Assembly: GCA_035256085.1 (NCBI GenBank)
Contig: DATEYP010000055.1
Location: 1-48,066, forward strand
Source: Acidiferrobacterales bacterium
Lineage (GTDB): Bacteria > Pseudomonadota > Gammaproteobacteria > Acidiferrobacterales > UBA6901
Length of the DNA stretch: 48,066 nt
Direction of reading: 5' to 3'
Position numbers and translations under genes: made by a program. Below the pieces are notes generated by a model that had not been told where the DNA came from, searched no databases, and worked only from the letters and a program-made list of their open reading frames with translations. Positions 20,649 through 29,612 of this stretch are shown here, one piece after another. Numbering within the stretch: the stretch's first letter is position 1; each line of letters opens with the position of its first letter.

Positions 20649-20933
20649 GGAATCCCTCCCCGTTACCGGCTGGGTATCTCCTACCACCAAGGTATTACAA
20701 CCATTTTCTCCGTAGCACACAAGTCTGGTCGCATCGCGGGGGTTTGCGACTCGCCGCGAGGTATCCGGTAGCGACCAATGTCGTAGTGCTTCTGTGCGAT
20801 TTCACTTTGTGGTCAAACACGAAACAATTTCCTCCACAACAGGGTAGGGAGTCGAGAGGAGCGATACCGCAAGGGCTGTGCTGATGAGGGTGTCATGAGG
20901 CAGCTAACGGCTGCCAGTACCGAGGAGGGTGTC

Positions 20934-22091
20934 ATGGAACAGGAACTGAATCTCTGGTTAATCGGTGGTGGATTGTTGCTCGGTGTGCTGTTCGGGGTCA
21001 TCGTGCAGCACTCGCGTTTCTGCGTGCTCGCGGCGGTCAGTAACTGGGTGCTGATGCGCGATCTGCGGCAGGCGCACGGGTATCTCGCCGCCGTGACGGT
21101 GGCCGTGACCGGCGTCGCGTTGCTGGAATTCTCTGGAATGGTGCCGGTGAGCGAGTCGATCTACCGCGGTGCGCGCATCGACTGGCTCGGCGCGATCGCC
21201 GGCGGCGCGGTGTTCGGGGTCGGCGTGGCGCTCGCCGGCGGTTGCGCCGGGCGGCTGCTGGTGCGCGCGGCCGAGGGCAGCGCCGGCGCACTGGTCGCGC
21301 TTATCGCTGTCGGCGTCGGGGCGGCGGTCTGTGCTTACGGCGTACTGGCGCCATCGCGTACTGGACTCGCGGAGTCGACCGCCCTCACGCTGGCCTCGGG
21401 CGACAGCTCGCTGACTGTGCTGCTTAACATGCCGTTCTGGGTTGCCCCTGCGGCGGTGGCGGTCAGCGGAGTTCTGGCGATCGCCGCCGGTGTGCGACGT
21501 CACGCGAGCGGCGGCATGGTGCTCGCGGGGACCCTGATTGGCGCACTGATCGTCGCCGGATGGATCGTAACCGGCTACCTCGCACGCGATGAGTTCGCAG
21601 TAGCAGTGCACCGTCCCGCCTCGCTCGCGTTTGCCGGCCCGCTCGCGCAGTTCATGCGCTATGTGACAAGTGGCGAGATCACCGGTAACGGCTTTCCTCT
21701 AGCGCTCATGGGTGGCGCGCTGGCCGGCGCTCTGGCCAGCGCGGTGTCACGCGGCAACTTCCGTTGGACGATGCCCGCGGCCCCGGAGTTCATACGCACC
21801 GTCGTTGGCGGCGGGCTCATGGGGATCGGCGCGGTATTCGCGGGTGGCTGCAACATCGGCCAGGGCCTGACCGGCGTGTCGACGCTCTCCCTCGCATCGC
21901 TGCTCGCCATCGCGGGCATGGCGATCGGCATGCGTATGGGTCTCGCATGGTTGTTGCACATGGATCAGGCGCATGGCAACCACGGTCATCGTTTTGCTCG
22001 CTGGCAGCACGTGCTTCGCGAGCGTCTCACCGTCGCACGCGAACGTAAGCAGTTGGCGCCACATGCGAACGGGAGCAACTGCTGTAGCTGA
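20934..22091 (+). CDS. YeeE/YedE-family sulfur-compound (thiosulfate-type) transporter
   Basis: Polytopic membrane protein with two conserved Cys-containing segments (QHSRFCVLAAV and FAGGCNIGQG). ATG 20934 is preceded by AGGAGGG. Alternative ATG 20895 has an almost identical SD context. Confidence 0.85.
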   Translation: MEQELNLWLIGGGLLLGVLFGVIVQHSRFCVLAAVSNWVLMRDLRQAHGYLAAVTVAVTGVALLEFSGMVPVSESIYRGARIDWLGAIAGGAVFGVGVALAGGCAGRLLVRAAEGSAGALVALIAVGVGAAVCAYGVLAPSRTGLAESTALTLASGDSSLTVLLNMPFWVAPAAVAVSGVLAIAAGVRRHASGGMVLAGTLIGALIVAGWIVTGYLARDEFAVAVHRPASLAFAGPLAQFMRYVTSGEITGNGFPLALMGGALAGALASAVSRGNFRWTMPAAPEFIRTVVGGGLMGIGAVFAGGCNIGQGLTGVSTLSLASLLAIAGMAIGMRMGLAWLLHMDQAHGNHGHRFARWQHVLRERLTVARERKQLAPHANGSNCCS

Positions 22092-22124
22092 CTTGAACCG
22101 GCCGTTACGGCCAAGGAGGTTGTC

Positions 22125-22739
22125 ATGAAAACAAAGACGGCGTTTTTCCTGGTGCTTACCCTGCTGTCCGGTCTTGCTGCCTGTGGCGGCGGAGAGGGCG
22201 GCGGGGATGGGGTTAGCGGCGGAGGGTCGAGCGCAGCACCCGTCAGTTCCTCGAGTGACGCGCGATTCGTCGTGCGCGATATCGCGGACGGTGTAATACG
22301 CCGCAATCTGCTGCCTTCATTGAACAACGGGAGCCATTGGGAGACGCTCGTCCCTGGACTATCAGGTACGGCGAGCGTGTCCGGGACCGAGACCTACTCC
22401 GTGGGGCAGTCGTGTGGTACCAACTGCGTGAGAACATCGGCAAACGTCAATATCACCGTGATTTTCAACGGTTACGCTGTCATGTCCGCCAACAACACCA
22501 GGACTACCCTGACCGGCACAGTTACTTACACAGACTACACGTGGTACCAGCAATCGGGTTTGACCTACAGCTCCGGCGGGAGTGTGAGTGTTGGTGGTAA
22601 TGGTGTGAGCTACAACATCGCGGAGACGAGCGGGAATTTTGCCTATAGCGACACACTTACGTTCGACGCGAGTGGCAGCGACCCGGCCTACGTGAACGGT
22701 TGGTGCCGGCCAAGCAATGGGACGACCTATAGCTTTTGA
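22125..22739 (+). CDS. Lipoprotein of unknown function
   Basis: 204 aa with lipobox LSGLAAC, a Gly-rich tether (GGGEGGGDGVSGGG), then a Thr/Ser/Tyr-rich, probably beta-rich domain. I did not recognise a family. Confidence 0.65.
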   Translation: MKTKTAFFLVLTLLSGLAACGGGEGGGDGVSGGGSSAAPVSSSSDARFVVRDIADGVIRRNLLPSLNNGSHWETLVPGLSGTASVSGTETYSVGQSCGTNCVRTSANVNITVIFNGYAVMSANNTRTTLTGTVTYTDYTWYQQSGLTYSSGGSVSVGGNGVSYNIAETSGNFAYSDTLTFDASGSDPAYVNGWCRPSNGTTYSF

Positions 22740-22821
22740 CGCTGCTGGGTCAGAATGTACTGGGTGAAATCGAGTCGGGGTGATTTTGTACGATCATCGT
22801 AGTGCAGAAAGGCACCGGGTG

Positions 22822-22926
22822 AGGCGCGACAATATCGAGGAGACACAGCGTTTGATCGATTACGGCGACACCTACTCGCTCGCCGACACCCACAGTGCTT
22901 TATGTTGGCATCGGTTGGCCATCTGA
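22822..22926 (+). pseudogene. 3' fragment of a CPCC-family paralogue
   Basis: Reads RRDNIEETQRLIDYGDTYSLADTHSALCWHRLAI*. It aligns codon for codon with 9829-9905 of the intact CPCC gene (RDNIEEPQRGIDYADTYPLYDTTVL), with about three quarters of nucleotides identical. There is no upstream part and no start. Confidence 0.6.
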
Positions 22927-23155
22927 CTCGCTCAAGTACCGCGTCATCCGCTCGTCATTTTCCTCGCCGGCCAAGATGTAGACATGGCGGTCATTTGTTG
23001 ATCCGCGTCAATACCTTATTCGTCCCAGAGTGCTATACAGCGAGAGGCCATGGATTGCAGCCGGTATGCTATGCAGCCACTCGGAACCCCTCTGTAAGTC
23101 TGTTGTTGCCTCAATGTGCAACTGCGTTAACTCACTGAATCACTCTGGAGGGGCC

Positions 23156-23529
23156 ATGAAAACGAGCTGGGTTGTGACCGGGCTGTGCGGCGGGATATTT
23201 GCAGGAATGGCGTTGTGGTCTGTTGCAGACGGGGTGCCGTCGTCGTATACGGCTTCGCCTGAGGTATAAAGGTGCTGGCCGAAAACGACGAGATGCGCGT
23301 GGTGCTTGCTACTTGGCCACCAGGGCACAAGGACAAGGGTCATTCACATCCCATGGCCGCGGTTTTCACGATCAAAGACTGTCAGGCGCGGATTTCAACG
23401 CCCGAAGACGCTGCGCGAGAAGTCAAAAACAAGGCTGGTTCGGCGCGCGTCAACGCGCCGGTAAAGTCGCACACGTTTCAAAACATCGGCAAGACCGAGT
23501 GCCAACAGATGCTGGTGGAACACAAGTAG
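23156..23529 (+). pseudogene. Secreted cupin-domain protein split by a frameshift (signal-peptide ORF 23156-23269 + cupin ORF 23272-23529)
   Basis: SD GGAGGGG then ATG 23156 encodes MKTSWVVTGLCGGIFAGMALWSVADGVPSSYTASPEV*. The next frame continues (GI)KVLAENDEMRVVLATWPPGHKDKGHSHP..., the usual start of a mature small cupin. The two parts are 1 frame apart at 23260-23272. The 85-aa cupin part could still be expressed from GTG 23272. Confidence 0.55.
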
Positions 23530-23803
23530 TAGGCACGGTGGGTGGGGTCGATCGGCATCGAATGGCCCCGCCCAGTTGATAGGGTGGTTCCCATGGCATT
23601 CCGACAGCTACAGTCATAGACAGGTCAAGCAAATGAAGTGCTGGAGCAAATCGCTCATCAGACCGTGGCATCCGGTTATCGGCTATTCTTGACAAGCGGG
23701 GAGCGTTCGCGTTCCCTTAAGGATTGCATGGTACGTATAGCGTGTGTTCCAGAGACACCCTTGTATTCTTAATGTAGTTTCAACCAGCAGGAAGGGAACA
23801 TTC

Positions 23804-24250
23804 ATGATCATTAGCCTACGAGCTATGGCAATTGCCGTGCTGAGCGTTCTGTTGCTTGGCGGTTGTTCAGCCGGTATCTCCGGCTCCGTGCGCATGGTTG
23901 ACCGCAACAACAAGCCGATTGCGGACGCTCCCCTTGAAGGGATTGTTGTTAACATGATCAACACGTCTTCGGCAGTGGAGCAGGCCTCGCACTCGGTCAG
24001 AACCGACAAGAAAGGGCATTTCGAAGCCGGTTCCGACAAGATCAAGCCAGGTGTCTACAAAATAGAGGTCAGCGAGCCTGGTTATGTCGCCGCCACCAAG
24101 ACCATTGAAGTCAAAAAATCCTCCCGCTCGGTCGATCTGGACCTTAGACAGTTGCCGAAAGGCGCTTCGCAATCCTACCGCGGCATGAAGTCCGACAAGG
24201 ACAAGATCATCAATCCGGGTGAGGTCAATATCCAGCCGCCTTCCATGTAA
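23804..24250 (+). CDS. Lipoprotein with carboxypeptidase-regulatory-like (Ig-like) domain
   Basis: ATG 23804 follows AGGAAGGG (the track ORF opens at 23744). Lipobox is LLLGGC. The segment IKPGVYKIEVSEPGYVAATKTIEV is typical of CarboxypepD_reg/PEGA-like beta-sandwich domains. Confidence 0.75.
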   Translation: MIISLRAMAIAVLSVLLLGGCSAGISGSVRMVDRNNKPIADAPLEGIVVNMINTSSAVEQASHSVRTDKKGHFEAGSDKIKPGVYKIEVSEPGYVAATKTIEVKKSSRSVDLDLRQLPKGASQSYRGMKSDKDKIINPGEVNIQPPSM

Positions 24251-24265
24251 CCGGCACACGTTCAG

Positions 24266-24298
24266 CGCGCCGGCCGATTCCGGCCGGCGCGGCATTTT
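24266..24298 (+). terminator. Possible intrinsic terminator
   Basis: 11-bp GC stem CGCGCCGGCCG / CGGCCGGCGCG, loop ATTC, followed by GCATTTT. Confidence 0.5.
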
Positions 24299-24328
24299 CA
24301 ACTATAGCGAGAGTCAGGGAGTCCTAAC

Positions 24329-26899
24329 ATGCGAGCGAGAATACTGTTCGGGTCGATGCTGGCTATTCTGGTCCTGGTAGCGGCCTGCACTGCCAAACCG
24401 ATTGGTTTTGATCTGGAAGTGAATGTCCAGCTCGACGGAAAGCCGGTCAAGGATGCCAGTATTACGGTCGATGGTGTCCCCGAAGGCAGCACGGACGCGC
24501 GTGGTCGCTTCGCCAAGACTCTGTCGCGATCACCCGAGAAGCCGATTCATCTTGCGGTGCAGAAGGAAGAAGGCAAGTTCCGCGCCAAGACCTGGGAGAA
24601 GACATTTTCGATCAAGTCGCGCAAGGATACTGAGCCGGTGGAAAAGCAGAGCCTGACCGCCGAGTTACAGCGCTTTGTGACGATTCTCGTGACCCAGGCC
24701 GACCAGCCGCTGGCTGGCGCATCTGTCTCCGTCGACGGCAAGGATCTCGGTCAGTCGCAGGCGAACGGCACCGTTGAACATGTCTTCGGCAAATGGCCGA
24801 AGAATGGCCTGCTCGTGGGCGTGAAGAAAGACGGTTACGGCGAAACCCGTTTCGCCTATCGCGGTGAATCCGGCGATCGCATTAATGCCGGTCTTTACAC
24901 CGAGGCAGTGGTCACGATCGAGGTGCTGGAAGACCAGAAGGGACGGACGCGTCCGATCAAAGGTGCGGCGGTCACGGTCGGCGGAATCGCGGCCGGCAGC
25001 ACCGGCGACAATGGCGTGTTGACCTACCGGCACAAGGGGACCTTTGGCGAGACCGTGCCGGTGCGTATCAGTGCCGCCGGTTTTGCACCGTCGAGCAGCA
25101 CGCGCCCGGCGCTGCTCGGCGGACAGAATCGAATCAAGCAGTATTTCCATTCGGCCGTTGCCGAACGCCCGCGCACCGCAGTGCTGAGCTTCGCCGCCAA
25201 TACCGCCGGCGAGGACATCTCGGATGTCGTCAAGAAGTTCGAGGAGAGCTTCAACAAGGAGTTGTTCGATTCCAAGACGTTCAAGTCGGTGCCGGCCGCC
25301 ACCGCGCGCGAGCTCATGGGGCGCTCCAAGCTCAGCGTCGACAAGATCAAGACCAGCGACTGGCGAAATACCGGCCTCGGCAATGCGGTGGATGTAATCG
25401 TGTTCGGCAGCATTTCACGCGGCGAGGACGACGATTATGTCATCGAGACCAGTTTCTACCAGTCGAACGGCAAGCTGGCGCTGACCCAGGCGGCCGTCGC
25501 CGGCAGCGGCGGAAGCTGGCGCGTCGGCCGGGCGGTGAACGAAATCGTCTCAAACGTGCTGGCCGCCTATCCGATCTCCGGAACCGTCATCGCCGGGAAT
25601 GACGAAGGCGCACAGATCAATCTGGGCAGGGGCCAGTTCGCCATCGGCGGCGACGATATCTTCTTGCTGCAGTCGACCAGGCGCGACGAAAACGGCCGGA
25701 TCACCGGTTACAGCGACGCCGGCACCATGAAGGTGCGCCGCCGCCGCGACGACCAGACCGATCTGCAGATGGAGTCGCTGCGCGCGCCGCCGCGCGCCGG
25801 CGACCGCGTGACTCGCCTCGATGTCTCGGTGCGCGCGGCCGGCACCGACCGCATCACGGTAGCCGTGAAGGGCGGCGTGGGCAAGGAAGGCGCGGCGCTG
25901 ACCGGCACGAATGTCTACCTCGACAACCGCTGGGCCGGAACCACCAACCGTGCCGGCGAGGCCAGCGTGCCGCTCAAGCTCGGACGCAATTACCGGCTGA
26001 TGGTCTATCGCCACGGCTACGGGCAGGCGACTCGCAAGATCAAACCGGGCAAGCCCGGCGAGCGCTACGAGTTCGGGCTCAAGTCCTTCAGCTCGCAATT
26101 CACGGCCGAAAGCGAGCCGTCCGGCGCCTCGGTTTCAATCGATGACAACCGCGTCGGCAGCACACCGATTACCAAGCCGCAGGCGGTGACGTTCGGCTTC
26201 CACACCGTGCGCGTCGAGGCTGGCGGCGATTATCGGGCGTGGGAAGAGGTGGTGGAGTTCAGCAAGAAAGAGGAGAAACGCACCGGCGCCAACCGCATTG
26301 TCCTGCACAAGGACTATCTCAAGCTCGGCGAGCAGGCCGAGGCCGCCGGCCGCCTCGAGGACGCCATCCGCCTGTACTCGTCCGGAACCCGGGAACATCC
26401 GGACTATGCCGATCTGCATCACCGTCTCGGCCAGCTCTATTATGACGGCAAGCGCGATTACGACCGCGCCATCGCCGAGTTCGAGTCGGTGCAGGCCATC
26501 CCCGCGGTCGAGGAACTGGTCTACAAACAGTACGCGATCGTCTACACCAATCTCGGCAAGGCCTATTACGCCAAGGGCGCGCAAGTGTACCGCGCGAACC
26601 GCGGCGAGGCGGTGCAATACTATGCCAAGGCCGTCAAGGCGCTCGACCGCGCACGCGAGAATACGCGGTTCTTTCCGAACGAGCGCCACGACGAAGCCGT
26701 GCACGATACCTATTACTATCGTGCGCTCGCCTACCAGAATCTGTACGACGCCACCCAGCGCGAGGCCCTGTCCACAAGCGTGGAGCTTGCCTGGCTGGAG
26801 TATCTGGACACGTTCCCGTCCAAGTTGCGCGGCAATCCGGAGTATGACCAGATGCGCGAATCGGCGGAGAAGCTGGCCAAACAGGTACAGGGAAAATAA
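24329..26899 (+). CDS. Large mosaic lipoprotein: repeated Ig-like (CarboxypepD_reg) domains, TolB-N/LpoB-like module, PEGA domain, C-terminal TPR repeats
   Basis: 856 aa with lipobox LVAAC. It has at least four ~70-aa repeats of the pattern ...G(A)xVxVDG...G.T...G. A central AVLSFAANTAGEDIS...VDVIVFGSISR segment resembles the AVLPF-type TolB-N/CsgG/LpoB fold. PEGA-like segment is SEPSGASVSIDDNRVGSTP...HTVRVEAGG. The tail is TPR-like (AIRLYSSGTREHPDYADLHHRLGQLYY...). Confidence 0.75.
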   Translation: MRARILFGSMLAILVLVAACTAKPIGFDLEVNVQLDGKPVKDASITVDGVPEGSTDARGRFAKTLSRSPEKPIHLAVQKEEGKFRAKTWEKTFSIKSRKDTEPVEKQSLTAELQRFVTILVTQADQPLAGASVSVDGKDLGQSQANGTVEHVFGKWPKNGLLVGVKKDGYGETRFAYRGESGDRINAGLYTEAVVTIEVLEDQKGRTRPIKGAAVTVGGIAAGSTGDNGVLTYRHKGTFGETVPVRISAAGFAPSSSTRPALLGGQNRIKQYFHSAVAERPRTAVLSFAANTAGEDISDVVKKFEESFNKELFDSKTFKSVPAATARELMGRSKLSVDKIKTSDWRNTGLGNAVDVIVFGSISRGEDDDYVIETSFYQSNGKLALTQAAVAGSGGSWRVGRAVNEIVSNVLAAYPISGTVIAGNDEGAQINLGRGQFAIGGDDIFLLQSTRRDENGRITGYSDAGTMKVRRRRDDQTDLQMESLRAPPRAGDRVTRLDVSVRAAGTDRITVAVKGGVGKEGAALTGTNVYLDNRWAGTTNRAGEASVPLKLGRNYRLMVYRHGYGQATRKIKPGKPGERYEFGLKSFSSQFTAESEPSGASVSIDDNRVGSTPITKPQAVTFGFHTVRVEAGGDYRAWEEVVEFSKKEEKRTGANRIVLHKDYLKLGEQAEAAGRLEDAIRLYSSGTREHPDYADLHHRLGQLYYDGKRDYDRAIAEFESVQAIPAVEELVYKQYAIVYTNLGKAYYAKGAQVYRANRGEAVQYYAKAVKALDRARENTRFFPNERHDEAVHDTYYYRALAYQNLYDATQREALSTSVELAWLEYLDTFPSKLRGNPEYDQMRESAEKLAKQVQGK

Positions 26900-26901
26900 T
26901 C

Positions 26902-28149
26902 ATGCCGATCGGTCGCCGGGGCAGAGCTGCGGCACTCGGCGCCAGTCTGCTGGCCACTGCCCTGACGGCTATGGGCGAATCCGTACCGCAGGTAGAGCTG
27001 ATCCCCGAATACATCCGTGCGCTTCCGGGCAGCGACGGGCGCGACAGCAACGATTCCAGCCCGATCTGGGCACCGGGCGGAGCGCTGCTGGCCTTCGAGC
27101 GCGCCGAGGAATCGCGGCGCGAGATTGTGCTGATGCGCCTTGACGGCACGCCGGTCAGGACGGTTTATTACCAGGCGAGCGGGGCCGATGACGGCCTCGA
27201 TACGCTGCTGCCCGGACTGGGCCTGGCGACGAGTTACAACTCCGGACTGGCGTGGTCGCCACGTGGCGAACGCTTCGTGTTCATGAGCAATGCCGGCGAA
27301 GGGAACTACGATCTCTATCTCGGCAGCCAGCAAGGCAAGACCAGCCAGCGCCTGACCGACAGCCCCCAGAAAGACGGTCTGCCCGACTGGTCGCCGACCG
27401 ACAACACCGTGGCGTTTGTATCGGGCCGCGATGGCGGCGCGCAGCTGTACCTGCTTGAGGTCGACAGCCGGCGCATTGCCTCGGTGTCGATGGGTGACAA
27501 GGCCTATCTCTATCCACGCTGGTCGCCGGATGGCCGGCGCATTGCCGCGATCTATGGCGCCAACGAGAACCACGACATCGTACTGATCGAAGGCGACCTG
27601 CGCGCGGTGTTGCGGCCCGCGCCGGTTGTGGTCGATTCCGCTGGAAGGCGGGGCGCAGACAAAACGCCATCGCCCGCGCCGGTCAAGCCTGCACCCCCGC
27701 CGGTGAGCCAGCGCGCGCTCACCACCTGGCGGCATGATGACCTCAGTCCGTCCTGGTCGCCGGACGGCAAACGCATTGCGTTTTATACCAATCAGAACGC
27801 AGACGACGATCCCAGGATCTGGGCGATTGCCGTGCTCGATTCATCCGGGGCGACACCGGGCGAGGGCGCGGAACTCGTGGCACAGGTGGTGGCGCGCAAT
27901 GTCATCCCGGATGTAACCATGGGACCGGCGTGGCTGCCGGACAGCCGGCGCATCGCCTACGTGCGCAACGACAAGCACGATTACAGTCCGATTTATCTGG
28001 TGGATGTCGACAGTCGCCAGCACTGGCGGCTGCAGACCGGGACCAACATCAACCATGATCTCGCGGTGTCACAGCAAGGGGTGCTGGCATTCCGTGCCCA
28101 GGTGAATCAATGGGACCGGATCTTTCTGGCGAAACTCCCTGACCGATAA
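26902..28149 (+). CDS. TolB-like periplasmic PD40 beta-propeller protein
   Basis: 415 aa with a signal peptide. At least six PD40 repeats are present: SPIWAPGGALLAF, LAWSPRGERFVF, PDWSPTDNTVAFVS, PRWSPDGRRIAA, PSWSPDGKRIAFY and PAWLPDSRRIAYV. A Pro-rich insert is also present. Confidence 0.85.
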   Translation: MPIGRRGRAAALGASLLATALTAMGESVPQVELIPEYIRALPGSDGRDSNDSSPIWAPGGALLAFERAEESRREIVLMRLDGTPVRTVYYQASGADDGLDTLLPGLGLATSYNSGLAWSPRGERFVFMSNAGEGNYDLYLGSQQGKTSQRLTDSPQKDGLPDWSPTDNTVAFVSGRDGGAQLYLLEVDSRRIASVSMGDKAYLYPRWSPDGRRIAAIYGANENHDIVLIEGDLRAVLRPAPVVVDSAGRRGADKTPSPAPVKPAPPPVSQRALTTWRHDDLSPSWSPDGKRIAFYTNQNADDDPRIWAIAVLDSSGATPGEGAELVAQVVARNVIPDVTMGPAWLPDSRRIAYVRNDKHDYSPIYLVDVDSRQHWRLQTGTNINHDLAVSQQGVLAFRAQVNQWDRIFLAKLPDR

Positions 28150-28154
28150 TCCCC

Positions 28155-29594
28155 ATGCGTCGCATTCGCCTGATTCTCATTCTGCTGTGTACCGTTCCGG
28201 GTGCGGTCCTGGCCGCGGGCGGCAGCCTCAAGCAGGCGACCCAGCTGCTGGACCGGAACTATTACGAATCGGCCGCTGCCATGTTGCGCGCCGGGGTGAG
28301 TGGCGGAGATTCCGCCTCGGTGGCGTTTCTGCTCGGACGCGCCTACCTGCGTAACGCCCAGTTGCAGCACGCCCTGCATCGCTCGTCGCTGGTCACCGGC
28401 AATCGCTACCTGCGCAAACTCGCCACCCAGGCCGGTCGCGACCGCAGTCGCTATGCGGCGCTGTATTACGGTGAGACTCTGCTCGAGTCTGGCAGCAAGC
28501 AGGCCGGCATTGAGCAGCTGCAGAAATTTGCCGCGCAGGCCGGAATTGCCATAGCCCACCGGCAGATTGCCGAAGTGCGGCTGGCCGCGGCGCGCGGCGG
28601 CGCGCTGCCTGCTGCCCAGGGACTTGCGCTCGAGGCGCGCACCGAATTGGCCGTGGCGCTCAGCCGCAAGGCCGCGAAACAACCTGAGCCCGTGGCGCTG
28701 CTGGACCAGACGCTCGCCGAGCTGCGCGGAAGTGGCGGCGCCCTGCCGGTGCGGGCTGTCACCAATGCCGTGGCGGTGTACACGCGGACCGGCCAGTACG
28801 ACAAGGCCTTGGCACTGCTCGGCAGCGAAGATCTCGGCCGGCCCTCGTATCAGGAGACCCTTGGCAAGAGCAAGACCCTGCGCTTTTACGATGCCGCGTT
28901 GCTCGGCAATCTCGCCGCCCTGTACCAGGCGGCCGGCGAACAGCAGATGGAGCAGGCGCGCAGCGATGCGCGCCTCAAGGCGGTCGTCGCCTATTTCCTG
29001 GCCGATGCCTGGCTGGCCCAGGGTCGCGCGGACAAGGCCGGCGCGCAACTGGCCGGCGGCGGCGAGCTGCCGCCGGCATATCGCGAGCGCGTGGCCATGA
29101 TGCAGGCGGCCGTCGAGGTACGCGGCAACCAGGGCCAGAAGGGCAATGCCGCATTCACGGCGCTGAGCGCCAAACACGGCCAGGATCCGGTGCTGCTCGG
29201 CGAACTATTGATGCTCTGTGTGCAGGCCAAGGCCAAGTGCGGTGACGTTGCCAACGCCGCCGAGATGCTCGCCGCCACCGGCCAGGGCGAGCGGTTCCGC
29301 GGCCTGCACCGCGCCATTGGCATGCAGCATGCCGGGGCCGGACGCCACGATCGCGCCCTGCAATATCTCGAGACCGCGCGCGACAAGAGCAACAAGAACC
29401 GCATCGACACCAATGACCCGTTGCTGCTGGTGCAGCTCGCCGATCTGTACCTGGCGACCAAGAGCTTTTCAGAGAACCTCGAGATCTATTTCGAGCTGAG
29501 CAAAGAGTTTCCGGCCGTGCGCCAGTTGCAGGAGTTGGGTCAGGGCATCTATTCGATGGAATACCGCAGTGCCGGCGATGTGAAGATTTTCTGA
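28155..29594 (+). CDS. Secreted all-alpha (TPR-like) repeat protein
   Basis: 479 aa with a signal peptide (LILLCTVPGAVLAAGG). The composition is Ala/Leu-rich and helical with TPR-like segments. I did not recognise a specific family. Confidence 0.65.
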   Translation: MRRIRLILILLCTVPGAVLAAGGSLKQATQLLDRNYYESAAAMLRAGVSGGDSASVAFLLGRAYLRNAQLQHALHRSSLVTGNRYLRKLATQAGRDRSRYAALYYGETLLESGSKQAGIEQLQKFAAQAGIAIAHRQIAEVRLAAARGGALPAAQGLALEARTELAVALSRKAAKQPEPVALLDQTLAELRGSGGALPVRAVTNAVAVYTRTGQYDKALALLGSEDLGRPSYQETLGKSKTLRFYDAALLGNLAALYQAAGEQQMEQARSDARLKAVVAYFLADAWLAQGRADKAGAQLAGGGELPPAYRERVAMMQAAVEVRGNQGQKGNAAFTALSAKHGQDPVLLGELLMLCVQAKAKCGDVANAAEMLAATGQGERFRGLHRAIGMQHAGAGRHDRALQYLETARDKSNKNRIDTNDPLLLVQLADLYLATKSFSENLEIYFELSKEFPAVRQLQELGQGIYSMEYRSAGDVKIF

Positions 29595-29612
29595 TACGGG
29601 AGGGAGACAGCC

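Noticed and set aside
21990-22010. TGGCA-type strings (also 23667, 45025, 47741, 48016) checked as sigma-54 -24/-12 promoters.
   Set aside because: None has the GG-N10-GC spacing with a TTGC -12 element.
26298-27143. 281-aa plus-strand alternative-frame ORF overlapping the end of the 856-aa lipoprotein gene and the PD40 gene.
   Set aside because: It is a Pro/Arg/Ser/Thr-rich off-frame translation. Both overlapped genes have clear domain signatures in their own frames.
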